Source of the DNA: Eledone cirrhosa
Lineage: Eukaryota
Assembly (NCBI GenBank): GCA_964016885.1
Contig: OZ024764.1
Span: 12,400,001 to 12,464,000, forward strand
DNA length: 64,000 nucleotides
Direction: 5' to 3'
Positions 1-15,784 of this stretch are shown one piece after another. Both the position numbers and the translations under genes were made by a program. How positions within the stretch are numbered: the first letter of the stretch is position 1; each line of letters begins with the position of its first letter. The notes below the pieces were generated by a model. The model had not been told where the DNA came from and made no database searches. It saw only the letters and a program-made list of their open reading frames with translations.

Positions 1-1
1 C

Positions 2-39
2 CTCTTTGATAATGCATAAAATGCTGAAACCGGTAATAG
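2..39 (+). ncRNA. Minimal hammerhead-like motif, U3:A8 core variant
   Basis: ctct-TTGATAA-T-GCAT-aaa-ATGC-T-GAAA-CCGG-TA-atag; palindromic stem III; stem I has one mismatch and is cut by the window edge. Confidence 0.5.
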
Positions 40-178
40 ACAATTATTAAATAAATACATAAATAAATAAATAAATGGCATTGTTAATTAATAAATAAAT
101 TAACTAATACCTTAACACTTCACACAAAGTAAAATTAGTTTGTTTTAAACATGTTTACACACACACACACACACACAC

Positions 179-579
<401 letters not shown>

Positions 580-756
580 AGAAAGAGAGAGAGAGAGAGA
601 GGGGGAGGGGAGGTTGTCAAAAATCTATATTAAATATAAATAATAAATCCTTTTGTTTCCAAATTGTCTGAAACACCGCCATAGGTTGGAATTTATTCAC
701 TTCACTATGGAAATGAACAAACAAAGAAAGGCACACAGACAGACACTGTGAACCAT

Positions 757-842
757 CTGTCTGTTTGTCTGTCTGTCTGTCAGTCTGTATGTATGTATGT
801 ATGTATGTATGTATGTATGTATGTATGTATGTATGTATGTAC

Positions 843-873
<31 letters not shown>

Positions 874-2214
874 TGTATGTATGTATGTATGTATGTATGT
901 ATGTATGTCTGCCTGTATGTATGTATGTATGTATGTATGTATGTATGTATGTATGTATGTATGCCTGTATGTATGTATGTATGTATGTATGTATGTATGT
1001 ATGTATGTATGCCTGTATGCATGTATGTATGTATGTATGTATGTATGTATGTATGTATGTATGTATGTCTGCCTGTATGTATGTATGTATGTATGTATGT
1101 ATGTATGTATGTATGTATGTATGTATGTATGCCTGTATGCATGTATGTATGTATGTATGTATGTATGTATGTATGTCTGCCTGTATGTATGTATGTATGT
1201 ATGTATGTATGTATGTATGTATGTATGTATGTATGCATGTATGTATGTATGTATGTATGTATGTATGTATGTATGTATGTATGCATGTATGTCTGCCTGT
1301 ATGTATGTATGTATGTATGTATGTATGTATGTATGTCTGCCTGTATGTATGTATGTATGTATGTATGTATGTATGTATGTCTGCCTGTATGTATGTATGT
1401 ATGTATGTATGTATGTATGTATGTCTGCCTGTATGTATGTATGTATGTATGTATGTATGTATGTATGTATGTATGTATGTATGCATGTATGTATGTATGT
1501 ATGTATGTCTGCCTGTATGTATGTATGTATGTATGTATGTATGTATGTATGTATGTATGTATGTCTGCTTGTATGTATGTATGTATGTATGTATGTATGT
1601 ATGTATGTATGTATGTATGTATGTATGCATGTATGTATGTATGTATGTATGTATGTATGTATGTATGTATGTATGTATGTATGTATGTCTGCCTGTATGT
1701 ATGTATGTATGTATGTATGTATGTATGTATGTCTGCCTGTATGTATGTATGTATGTATGTATGTATGTATGTATGTATGTATGTATGTCTGCCTGTATGT
1801 ATGTATGTATGTATGTATGTATGTATGTATGTATGTATGCCTGTATGCATGTATGTATGTATGTATGTATGTATGTATGTATGTATGTATGTATGTCTGC
1901 CTGTATGTATGTATGTATGTATGTATGTATGTATGTATGTATGTATGTATGCATGTATGTATGTATGTATGTATGTATGCATGTATGTATGTATGTATGT
2001 ATGTATGTATGTATGTATGTATGCATGTATGTATGTATGTATGTATGTATGTATGTATGTATGCATGCATGTATGTATGTATGTATGTATGTATGTATGT
2101 ATGTATGTATGTATGTATGTATGTATGTATGTATGTATGTATGTATGCCTGTATGTATGTATGTATGTATGTATGTATGTATGTATGTATGTATGTATGT
2201 ATGTATGTATGTAC

Positions 2215-2245
<31 letters not shown>

Positions 2246-2574
2246 TGTCTGCCTGTATGTATGTATGTATGTATGCCTGTATGTATGTATGTATGCCTGT
2301 ATGTATGTATGTATGTCTGCTTGTATGTATGTATGTATGTATGTATGTATGTATGTATGTATGTATGTCTGCCTGTATGTATGTATGTATGTATGTATGT
2401 ATGTATGTATGTCTGCCTGTATGTATGTATGTATGTATGTATGTATGTATGCCTGTATGTATGTATGTATGTCTGCTTGTATGTATGTATGTATGTATGT
2501 ATGTATGTATGTATGTATGTATGTCTGCCTGTATGTATGTATGTATGTATGTATGTATGTATGTATGTATGTAC

Positions 2575-2605
<31 letters not shown>

Positions 2606-3438
2606 TGTATGTATGTATGTATGCCTGTATGTATGTATGTATGTATGTCTGCCTGTATGTATGTATGTATGTATGTATGTATGTATGTATGTATGCCTGT
2701 ATGCATGTATGTATGTATGTATGTATGTATGTATGTATGTATGTATGTATGTCTGCCTGTATGTATGTATGTATGTATGTATGTATGTATGTATGTATGT
2801 ATGTATGTATGTCTGCCTGTATGTATGTATGTATGCCTGTATGTATGTATGTATGTATGTATGTATGTATGTATGTATGTATGTATGTATGTATGTATGT
2901 ATGTATGTATGTATGTCTGCCTGTATGTATGTATGTATGTATGCCTGTATGTATGTATGTATGTATGTATGTATGTATGTATGTATGTATGTATGTATGT
3001 ATGTATGCCTGTATGTATGTATGTATGTATGTATGTATGTATGTATGTATGTATGCCTGTATGTATGTATGTATGTATGTATGTATGTCTGCCTGTATGT
3101 ATGTATGTATGTATGTATGTATGTATGTATGTCTGCCTGTATGTATGTATGTATGTATGTATGTATGTATGTATGTATGTATGTATGTATGTATGTATGC
3201 ATGTATGTATGTATGTATGTATGTCTGCCTGTATGTATGTATGTATGTATGTATGTATGTATGTATGTATGTATGTATGTACATATGTATGTATGTATGT
3301 CTGCCTGTATGTATGTATGTATGTATGTATGTATGTATGTATGTATGTATGTCTGCCTGTATGTATGTATGTATGTATGTATGTATGCCTGTATGTATGT
3401 ATGTATGTATGTCTGCCTGTATGTATGTATGTATGTAC

Positions 3439-3469
<31 letters not shown>

Positions 3470-3554
3470 TGTATGTCTGCTTGTATGTATGTATGTATGT
3501 ATGTATGTATGTATGTATGTATGCATGTATGTATGTATGTATGTATGTATGTAC

Positions 3555-3585
<31 letters not shown>

Positions 3586-4032
3586 TGTATGTATGTATGC
3601 CTGTATGTATGTATGTATGTATGTATGTATGTATGCCTGTATGTATGTATGTATGTATGTATGTATGTATGTATGTATGTATGTATGTATGTATGTATGT
3701 ATGTATGTATGTATGTATGTATGTATGTCTGCCTGTATGTATGTCTGCCTGTATGTATGTATGTATGTATGTATGTATGTATGTATGTATGTATGTATGT
3801 ATGTCTGCCTGTATGTATGTATGTATGTCTGCCTGTATGTATGTATGTATGTATGTCTGCCTGTATGTATGTATGTATGTATGTCTGCCTGTATGTATGT
3901 ATGTATGTATGTATGTATGTATGTATGTATGTATGTATGTATGTATGTATGTCTGCCTGTATGTATGTATGTATGTATGTATGTATGTATGTATGTATGC
4001 CAGTCTATCTGTCTGGCTGGCTGTCTGTCTGT
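757..4032. repeat. 3.2-kb (ATGT)n microsatellite with recurring CTGCCTGT, GCAT and ACAT variant units
   Basis: Directly visible; (CTGT)n at both edges. Confidence 0.98.
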
Positions 4033-4173
4033 CAAGTCAGGAGGAAGTCATTATTGTGTTTGGGAGTGAAATTGCATAACGCCATCTGGCGGGACTAAAG
4101 ATAATTCTTGTATAATTCTTGGAGTGGCTATGGATGTGTGTCTGTATGTGTGTGTGTGTGGAAGTGTGTGTGT

Positions 4174-4251
<78 letters not shown>

Positions 4252-4252
<1 letters not shown>

Positions 4253-4380
4253 TTCCTCATGATTTCTCCCGAATGAAACAGTTCTAGTCCTGTAGAAACC
4301 ATTTCTATATTAAATATTATTTATACTCTGCTATGTATTGAGTGCCTTACCTACTATGGTTACCTCCGATTGAACCCGGG

Positions 4381-4382
<2 letters not shown>
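4252..4382 (+). mobile_element. PLE-like terminus, family D, with mutated HHR core
   Basis: TTTC-CTCATGA-TTTC-tccc-GAAT-GAAA-CAG-ttctagtc-CTG-TA-GAAA; homologous to 16384-16430; its tail is the reverse complement of 16312-16380. Confidence 0.7.
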
Positions 4383-4473
<91 letters not shown>

Positions 4474-4484
4474 AACACACACAA

Positions 4485-4523
<39 letters not shown>

Positions 4524-4524
4524 A

Positions 4525-4573
<49 letters not shown>

Positions 4574-4587
4574 AACACAAACACACA

Positions 4588-4633
<46 letters not shown>

Positions 4634-4645
4634 TATATATATATA

Positions 4646-4721
4646 TTGGGTTGTCAAGAATTAAATTTGTAGAAATATGTAGAAAAAACAACAAATCTCT
4701 ACAAATTTCATACTTGACGGC

Positions 4722-4725
<4 letters not shown>
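4646..4725. mobile_element. ~80-bp mariner-type MITE
   Basis: TIRs TTGGGTTGTCAAG.../...CTTGACGGCCCAA with TA flanks; second copy at 26859-26937. Confidence 0.7.
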
Positions 4726-4764
<39 letters not shown>

Positions 4765-4767
<3 letters not shown>

Positions 4768-4868
4768 AAAATGTTTAACCCCGACGGCAGAGCTCAAGCC
4801 GTCGAAACGCTAAGTATTGAGTACTCTGGTGCGTTATGGTCCATCTGGTTCCTAACCCACTTTCTTCG

Positions 4869-4871
<3 letters not shown>
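4765..4871 (+). mobile_element. Family B fragment (rearranged)
   Basis: CCCCGACGGCAGAGCTCAAGCCGTCGAAAC joined to the TATTGAGTACT...CTTCGTTATA tail; TA flanks. Confidence 0.65.
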
Positions 4872-4915
<44 letters not shown>

Positions 4916-5025
4916 TAGATATATTTCTTTATTCATAGATATATTTCTTTATTCATAGATAGATAGGTAAATAGATAAAAAGACAAGGAGTTTCAAAGAG
5001 TATGTATAGGGGGCGGTGTTTGTGA

Positions 5026-6444
5026 TGGCGGTGGTGGTGGTGGTGGTGGTGGTGGCGGTGGTGGTGGCGGTGGTGGTGGTGGTGGTGGTGGTGGTGGTGG
5101 TGGTGGTGGTGGTGGTGGCGGTGGTGGTGGCGGTGGTGGTGGTGGTGGTGATGCAAGGGAAGGGTTCCTTTGCTGAAAATATTGGGTCTCTGCTCAGCTG
5201 TGCTGGGCATACGAAGAGGGACGATATTAGAAATTATCGAAGATTTCCCCTACGCTAATTAAATACCGCCACCCTTCTCCTCCTCCTCCTCCACCTTCTC
5301 TTCCTCCCCCTTCTCCTGCCCCTCCGCTTCATCATCATCATCATCATCAACATCATCATTCTCTTCCTCCTAGTCCACTCACTCGTGAATGCCCACCCCT
5401 ACACCGTTAATTTAATAACCGACTAACTCCTAGCCACCACCACCACCACCACTACCACCACTACACCACCACCACCACCTTTACCACCACCACCATCACC
5501 ACCACCACCACCACCACCACCACTACCTCCTCCGTCAGCGACACCCCGTTTGCCCACCCCAGCTCCCGTCGGTTAGCTTAGCCACTCCATCACCGACTGA
5601 GTCTACCAGCTCCAACACCACCACCACCACCACACAACCACCACCACCACTACACCATCACCACCACTACACCACCACCACTACACCACCACCAACACCA
5701 CCACCAACACCACCACCACCACTACACCACCACCACCACTACACCACCACTAACAACAACACCACCACCACCACCACCAACAACACCACCACCACCACCA
5801 CTACACCACCACCACTACACCACCACCACCACCACCAACACCACCACCACCACTACACCACCACCACTACACCACCACCACTACACCACCACCACTACAC
5901 CACCACCACTACACCACCACCACTACACCACCACCACCACCACCAACACCACCACCACCACTACACCACCACCACTACACCACCACCACCACCACCACCA
6001 CTACACCACCACCACCACCACACCACCACTACACCACCACCACCACCACACCACCACTACACCACCACCACCACCACACCACCACTACACCACCACCACT
6101 ACACCACCACCACCACCACACCACCACTACACCACCACCACTATACCACCACCACCACCACCACACCACCACTACATCACCACTACTACACCACCACACC
6201 ACCACTACACCACCACCACCACCACTACACCACCACCACACCACCACCACCACCACCACTACACCACCACCACACCACCACCACACCACCACTACACCAC
6301 CACCACTACACCACCACTACACCACCACCACCACTACACCACCACCACTAGACCACCACCACCACCACCACCACTACACCACCACCACCACCACACCACC
6401 ACTACACCACCACCACTACACCACCACCACTACACCACCACCAT
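5026..6444. repeat. (GGT)n / (CAC)n / CACTACAC low-complexity tracts with short unique islands
   Basis: Directly visible. Confidence 0.9.
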
Positions 6445-6535
6445 CAAGACACCATCTGTTCCAATTCTTTAATCAAATCATATAAAACGTTTTTTAGCGG
6501 AACCAAATAACTGTGTAAGATATTTGACCTTGCTG

Positions 6536-7168
<633 letters not shown>

Positions 7169-7290
7169 AGATATATATGTATACATACATATATATATAT
7201 ATTATATTATATATATATATATATATTATAATACATATACATAAATTATGTATATATGTATATATAATATTATATATACATATATAACCA

Positions 7291-7484
7291 AGGGCGGTGG
7301 ATTGGCAGTATCGGTAGAGGGTCGGACGCCATGCTTTGACGCATAGAGTTACGGCCCTTGCCATTGTGAGTTCAAATCCCGCCGTGGTTAACTTTGCCTT
7401 TCATCCTTACGGGGTCGATAAAATAAAGTACCAGTAATCTACTGGGGTAATTGCTGGCCTTGTGCCAACAGTAGAAACAGTTAT
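7291..7484 (+). mobile_element. tRNA-derived SINE with Meta-type central domain
   Basis: A-box-like TGGCAGTATCGG, B box GTTCAAATCC, domain GCCTTTCATCCTTACGGGGTCGATAAAATAAAGTACCAG; four copies in the window. Confidence 0.8.
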
Positions 7485-7688
7485 ATACACATATATATAT
7501 ATACACATATATACACAGACAGACACACATATACATACATAGGCACAGACAAACACACATATATCCATACGCACGCGCTCACACACTCACACATATATCC
7601 ATACGCACACGCTCACACACACACACAGGCACACACACACATATATATAGTAGGAATGACGTGACGCATTAAGCTCTTTCTATATATA

Positions 7689-7978
7689 CAGGGTGAGTCA
7701 AAATTATGTTAACACTAGTATGGGAGAAATCATTTATTCAGAATTTACTGAACAGGTCTCAACCTGGTCACCAGCAGGATCAATACACAAAAACCAGGGA
7801 TCAACAGTACAATTTAGTGCCTTGACACTCGTTTCATATTTGATATGACACCGTGTATTCTGCCCTTGAGTTCATCGATGTCTCTAACGGTTTTGCTATA
7901 CACGCGCTCCTTTACCATGCCCCATAACCGGAAGTCACAGGCTGTCAGATCAGGGGAGTGTGCAGGCCAGAGTGTACC
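7689..7978 (-). mobile_element. Tc1/mariner transposon 3' fragment (transposase C-terminus plus TIR)
   Basis: Minus strand reads WPAHSPDLTACDFRLWGMVKERVYSKTVRDIDELKGRI; terminus TA|CAGGGTGAGTCAAAATTATG at 7689. Confidence 0.9.
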
Positions 7979-8039
7979 TTTTTAGTTGGTTTTTACACCT
8001 TTGTCTGCTTCCACCATAACTTGAGCAATATTTACCTTA

Positions 8040-8961
8040 ACCTCTCATTGCTCTCCTTTTCTCATTGCTCTCCTTGCTCTCCTTTTCTCATTCCTCTCCT
8101 TGCTCTCCTTTTATCATTCCTCTCCTTGCTCTCCTTTTCTCCCTGCTCTCATTTTCTCATCGCTCTCCGTGCTCTCCTTTTCTCATTCCTCTCCTTGCTC
8201 TCCTTTTCTCCCTGCTCTCATTTTCTCATCGCTCTCCGTGCTCTCCTTTTCTCATTCCTCTCCTTGCTCTCCTTTTCTCATTCCTCTCCTTGCTCTCCTT
8301 TTCTCCCTGCTCTCATTTTCTCATCGCTCTCCGTGCTCTCCTTTTCTCATTCCTCTCCTTGCTCTCCTTTTATCCTTGCTCTCCTTGCTCTCCTTTTCTC
8401 CCTGCTCTCATTTTCTCATCGCTCTCCGTGCTCTCCTTTTCTCATTCCTCTCCTTGCTCTCCTTTTCTCATCGCTCTTTTTTTCTCCTTGCTCTCATTTT
8501 CTCATCGCTCTCCCTTTCTCCTTGCTCTCCTTTTCTCCTTACTCTCCCTTTCTCCTTACTCTCCGTGCTCTCCTTTTCTCATCGCTCTCCTTGCTCTCCC
8601 TTTCTCCTTGCTCTCCTTTTCTCCTTACTCTCCGAGCTCTCACTTTCTCCTTGCTCTCCTTTTCTCATCGCTCTCCTTGCTCTCCTTTTCTCCTTACTCT
8701 CCTTTCTCTCCTTTTCTCATCGCTCTCCCTTTCTCCTTGCTCTCCTTTCCTCCTTACTCTCCTTTTCTCCTTGCTCTCCTTGCTCTCCTTTTCTCATCGC
8801 TCTCCTTGCTCTCCCTTTCTCCTTGTTCTCCCTTTCTCATTGCTCTCCTTTTCTCATCGCTTCCCTTTCTCTTTGCTCTCCTTTACTCCTTACTCTCCGT
8901 GCTCTCACTTTCTCCTTGCTCTCCTTTTCTCATCGCTCTCCTTGCTCTCCCTTTCTCCTTG
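8040..8961. repeat. Pyrimidine-rich minisatellite (GCTCTCCTTTTCTC-based)
   Basis: Directly visible. Confidence 0.95.
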
Positions 8962-9070
8962 TATCTATCTGCTTGTTTATATACAAATACAATGAGAAAA
9001 GGGGAAAAAGGAGAAATATGAAAGCAAGGATATATATATATATATACACTACTGTATATTTTGGTAGATT

Positions 9071-9157
<87 letters not shown>

Positions 9158-9162
9158 TGATG

Positions 9163-9214
<52 letters not shown>

Positions 9215-9834
9215 CCGTCACACATAAAACTACACACCTACACACAGCTACACACCTATCTACACAGCTATAGCTACAGTGACACAGCCATCTACACATA
9301 ACCACACAGCTACGCACACACATCTACACACATATACACACACACATCCCTACACACACACACACACACACACACACCTACACACACACATAGACACTGA
9401 GAAACACACACACACCTACACCCACACCAAGACACAGCTACAGTGACACACACACCTACGCCCACACCCACACCCACACACCAACCCACACACACACCTA
9501 CACCCACACCTACACCCACACCTACACCCACACCAAGACGCAGCTACAGTGACACACACACACACACCTACACCCACACCCACACCCACACACCTACACA
9601 CACACCTACACCCACACCAAGACTCAGCTACAGTGACACAGCCATCTTCCAGTTTCAGCCTGAGTTCCCCCTTATTATGTTCCAGTCTCACCAATATCCC
9701 TCAGACATCCATTCCTTTGCCATAATCTGGTTAGGAAGAGAGAGACTTCCTGCTTTGATATTTCTCGGTCACTTCAGAACGTAATATTTCAATTAAGGGG
9801 TGAGAGGGCGGGGGAACTAACCCCTCGCCCCATA

Positions 9835-10568
9835 CACCACTAACACTAACAACAACACCACCAACAACACCACCAACACTAACAACAACACCACCAACAA
9901 CACCAAAAACAACACCACCAACAACACCACCAACACTAACAACAACACCACCAACAACACCAACAACACCAAAAACAACACCACCAACAACACCACCAAC
10001 ACTAACAACAACACCACCAACAACACCAACAACACCAAAAACAACACCACCAACAACACCACCAACACTAACAACAACACCACCAACAACACCAAAAACA
10101 ACACCACCACTACTAACAACAACATCACCACCACTAACAACACCATCACCAACACCACCAACAACAACACCACCACCACCACCAGCAACAACAACACCAT
10201 CACCACTACCACCACCACATACCACCAACAACACCACCACCAACAACAACAACACCATCACCACCACCACCAACAACAACAACAACACCATCACCACCAC
10301 CAACAACAACAACACCAACAACAACACCACCATAATACTAACATCACCACCTACAACAACAACAACACCAAAAACACCATCACCACCACCAACAACAACA
10401 ACACCAACAACAACACCACCACTAATACTAACACCACCAACAACACCAATCAAAACCAACACCAATCAACACGAACACCACCACTAATACTAACACCACC
10501 ACCTACAACAACACCACCACCAACAACACCAACACCAATCAAAACCAACACCAATCAACACCAATCAA
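9835..10568. repeat. (CAA/CAC)n compound repeat
   Basis: Directly visible. Confidence 0.9.
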
Positions 10569-10667
10569 CAGTGAAATCACTGAAAAGAAGGTCGGAGGTA
10601 GTTTTCACCTGTCGGCATTGGAAAAAATATTCTATTTGGACGAATACATAATTATCAGTACTAAATA

Positions 10668-11437
10668 TAGAGTGTTTATGGTCATCAGGCTCAGCGCTAT
10701 AATCCAAGCAGATATCGGTGGTCTCCCTTGATGCAACAAAGGCAAAGACTCGCAGTACTAGAAGTAGGGTATTTATGGTCATCGGGCTTAGCGCCATAAT
10801 CCAAGCAGATATCGGTGGTCTCCCTTGATAAAACAAAGGCAAAGGCTTGTGGTGTTAGACATAGAGTGTTTGTCGTCATCAGGCTCAGCGCTATAATCCA
10901 AGCAGATATTGGTGGTCTCCCTTGATAAAACAAAGGCAAAGGCTTGTGGTGTTAGACGTAGAGTGTTTGTCGTCATCAGGCTCAGCGCTATAATCCAAGC
11001 AGATATTGGTGGTCTCTCTTGATAAAACAAAGGCAAAGGCTTGTGGTGTTAGACATAGAGTGTTTGTCGTCATCAGGCTCAGCGCTATAATTCAAGCAGA
11101 TATCGGTGGTCTCCCTTGATAAAACAAAGGAGAAAGGCTCGCAGTACTAGGCGTAGAGTGTTTGTCGTCATCAGGCTCAGCGCTATAATTCAAGCAGATA
11201 TCGGTGGTCTCCCTTAATAAAACAAAGGGGAAAGGCTCGCAGTACTAGACGTAGAGTGTTTGTCGTCATCAGGCTCAGTGTCATAATCCAACCAGATATA
11301 GGTGGTCTCCCTTAATAAAACAAAGGGGAAAGGCTCGCAGTACTAGACGTAGAGTGTTTGTCGTCATCAGGCTCAGTGTCATAATCCAACCAGATATAGG
11401 TGGTCTCCCTTGATACGACAAAAACAAAGGCTCGCAG
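10668..11437. repeat. 97-98-bp tandem repeat, ~8 copies
   Basis: Unit TAGAGTGTTTGTCGTCATCAGGCTCAGCGCTATAATCCAAGCAGATATCGGTGGTCTCCCTTGATAAAACAAAGG... Confidence 0.95.
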
Positions 11438-11594
11438 CTACAGTAGAGTGAGATTATTTATGTGTATAGAATGACGATGATGTAAAATACCACGTGACCG
11501 ATATCCACCTTTTTTTCCCTCATAGTTCATTACATGGTACATTGAACAAACGACTGTGGCGCCATATTGATTCCTTGTGTCTGTATGTGGTGTG

Positions 11595-11625
<31 letters not shown>

Positions 11626-11635
11626 ATGTTTGTGC

Positions 11636-11674
<39 letters not shown>

Positions 11675-11694
11675 TGTTTGTATGTGTGTGTGTA

Positions 11695-11769
<75 letters not shown>

Positions 11770-11938
11770 GTATGTGTGTGTGTATATATATATATATGTG
11801 TGTATATATATATATATGTATGTATGTTTGTATGTGTGTGTGTATATATGTATATATATATATATATGTGTGTGTGTATGTATATATATATGTATATATA
11901 TATGTGTGTGTGTGTGTATATTTGAATATATATATAAA

Positions 11939-11997
<59 letters not shown>

Positions 11998-12320
11998 CTG
12001 TGTGTGTATGAGTGTCCATGTGTGTTCGTGTGCGTGCGTGTGTGTGTGTGTGTGTGTTTGCATGCATATAGTTATATGTTTATATATATGTATGCAAACA
12101 CCCACACATATATATATTTATATATATACATTCACACACACACACACACACATATATATACACACACACACATATAGGCACAGACACACAAATACATAAT
12201 ACACACGCACACACACACACATATATATACACACACACACATATAGGCACAGACACACAAATACATAATACACACGCACACACACAGACACACACACACA
12301 CACACACTATCTCTCTCTCC

Positions 12321-12378
<58 letters not shown>

Positions 12379-12453
12379 CGTGTGTGGTGTGTGTATTATG
12401 TGTGTGGCTGAGTGTGTGTGCGTATGTTTGTGTGTGTGTGTGTGTGTGTGTGA

Positions 12454-12491
<38 letters not shown>

Positions 12492-12509
12492 ATATATATA
12501 TATATATAT

Positions 12510-12544
<35 letters not shown>

Positions 12545-13015
12545 CGCACACGCTACACTGACCAATCAAATTCCACCACCACCACCAACACCACCCTCCT
12601 CCACACCAGTTCAGGCCCTTACAAATTCCCCAAACTCCCTAATATTAGCCCTATTAACACAACACAGCCCCCAGCCCCAGCAATATCTTGTTAATATGTT
12701 TAGGGATTGCTATTTCAAACATTCGATTAGTTATTGAAAATTCTTTCCCCTTTTTCATATTTCTTCATTTCCTTCTCCTCCAGTGGCGCGCGCGCGCGCG
12801 TGTGTGTATGTGTGTATGTATGTATGTATGTGTGTATATATATATGTGTGTGTGTATATATATTACTCTTTTACTCTTTTACCTGTTTCAGCCATCCGGC
12901 TGAGGCCATGCTGGGGCACTGCCCTTGTATATATATATATGTGTGTGTATATATATATATATATATGTGTGTGTGTATATATATATATATATATGTGTGT
13001 GTGTATATATATATA

Positions 13016-13060
<45 letters not shown>

Positions 13061-13556
13061 ATATGTGTATACACACACATATGTGTATGTATGTGTATAT
13101 ATATATATATGTGTGTGTCTGTGTATGTATGTGTATATATATATTTCTGTGTATGTATGTATTTATATATATTTATGTGTGTGTGTGTCTGTGTATGTAT
13201 ATATATATATATATTTATGTGTGTGTGTGTGTTTGTATGTATGTATATATATATATATATATTTATGTGTCTGTGTGTGTTTGTCTGTGTGTATGTATAT
13301 ATATGTGTGTATATATGTGTGTGTACATATATATATATGTGTGTGTATATATATTTATATGGATATGTATGTGTGTGTGTGTATATATATAAATATGTGT
13401 GCGTATGTGTGTGGGTATATATATATGTGTGTCTGTATATATATATAGTGTGTGTATATATATATGTGTGTGTATGTATATATATAAATGTATATATATA
13501 TATATGTATGTGTGTATGTATATATATATAAATGTGTGTGTGTATATATGTGAATG

Positions 13557-13608
<52 letters not shown>

Positions 13609-13620
13609 TATGCGTGTGTG

Positions 13621-13651
<31 letters not shown>

Positions 13652-13726
13652 CGAGAGAACCTTATGCAGAGAGGGAAAACGATATGATAGAAAGGCAGAG
13701 AGAAAGATATGAGAGAGAGAAAAAGT

Positions 13727-13769
<43 letters not shown>

Positions 13770-13920
13770 GGGGGTCTTTGATGGTGTTGGTGGTGGTGTG
13801 ATGGTGGGGCAGGGCCGAACATTTGTCACAATTCAATTACGGCTGCCCTCCAGTAAGATATTCCGACATCTTAATCGTGTTTCACATATAAACCTTTTAA
13901 CAAACCGCAGTTTAAATCTG

Positions 13921-15784
13921 TCTCTCTCACTCTCTCTCACACACCCTCTCTCTATATCATCCCCTATCTCTCTCACACACTCTCTCTCTATATTATCCCC
14001 TATCTCTCACACACACCCTCTCTCTATATCATCCCCTATCTCTCTCTCACACACCCTCTCTCTATATCATCCCCTATCTGTCTCTCACACACCCTCTCTC
14101 TATATCATCCCCTATCTCTCTCTCTATCACTCACTCTCTCTATATCATCCCCTATCTCTCTCACACACCCTCTCTCTATATCATCCCCTATCTCTCTCAC
14201 ACACTCTCTCTCTATATTATCCCCTATCTCTCACACACACCCTCTCTCTATATCATCCCCTATCTCTCTCACACACACTCTCTCTATATCATCCCCTATC
14301 TCTCTCACACACACTCTCTCTATATCATCCCCTATCTCTCTCACACACTCTCTCTCTCTATATCATCCCCTATCTCTCTCACACACTCTCTCTCTCTCTC
14401 TCTATCATCCCCTATCTCTCTCTCACACACTCTCTCTATATCATCCCCTATCTCTCTCACACACACTCTCTCTATATCATCCCCTATCTCTCTCACACAC
14501 ACTCTCTCTATATCATCCCCTATCTCTCTCTCACACACTCTCTCTATATCATCCCCTATCTCTCTCACACACTCTGTCTCTCTATATCATCCCCTATCTC
14601 TCTCTCTATCACTCACTCTCTCTATATCATCCCCTATCTCTCTCACACACACTCTCTCTATATCATCCCCTATCTCTCTCTCACACACTCTCTCTATATC
14701 ATCCCCTATCTCTCTCACACACACTCTCTCTATATCATCCCCTATCTCTCTCTCTATCACTCTCTCTCTCTATATCATCCCCTATCTTTCTCACACACAC
14801 TCTCTCTATATCATCCCCTATCTCTCTCTCACACACACTCTCTCTATATCATCCCCTATCTCTCTCTCACACTCACTCTCTCTATATCATCCCCTATCTC
14901 TCTCTCACACACACTCTCTCTATATCATCCCCTATCTCTCTCACACACACTCTCTCTATATCATCCCCTATCTCTCTCACACACACTCTCTCTATATCAT
15001 CCCCTATGTCTCTCTCTATCACTCACTCTCTCTATATCATCCCCTATCTCTCTCACACACACCCTCTCTCTATATCATCCCCTATCTCTCTATCACTCAC
15101 TCTCTCTATATCATCCCCTATCTCTCTCACACACACTCTCTCTATATCATCCCCTATCTCTCTCACACACTCTCTCTATATGTCATCCCCTATCTCTCTC
15201 ACACACACTCTCTCTATATCATCCCCTATCTCTCTCACACACTCTCTCTATATCATCCCCTATCTCTCTCTCACACACTCTCTCTATATGTCATCCCCTA
15301 TCTCTCTCTCACACACCCTCTCTCTATATCATCCCCTATCTCTCTCACACACCCTCTCTCTATATCATCCCCTATCTCTCTCACACACACTCTCTCTATA
15401 TCATCCCCTATCTCTCTCACACACACTCTCTCTATATCATCCCCTATCTCTCTCACACACACTCTCTCTATATCATCCCCTATCTCTCTCACACACTCTC
15501 TCTCTCTATATCATCCCCTATCTCTCTCACACACTCTCTCTCTCTCTCTCTATCATCCCCTATCTCTCTCACACACACTCTCTCTGTATCATCCCCTATC
15601 TCTCTCACACACACCCTCTCTCTATATCATCCCCTATCTCTCTCTCACACCCTCTCTCTATATCATCCCCTATCTCTCTCTCACACACTCTCTCTATATC
15701 ATCCCCTATCTCTCTCACACACACTCTCTCTATATGTCATCCCCTATCTCTCTCTCTATCACTCACTCTCTCTCTCTCTCTCTA

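Noticed and set aside
617-4098. ~900-1100-aa ORFs in all six frames
   Set aside because: Translations of (ATGT)n, which has no stop codons
10668-11437. CRISPR array or tandem hammerheads (CTGATGA in each unit, minus strand)
   Set aside because: No unique spacers and no cas genes; no GAAA closes the stem after CTGATGA
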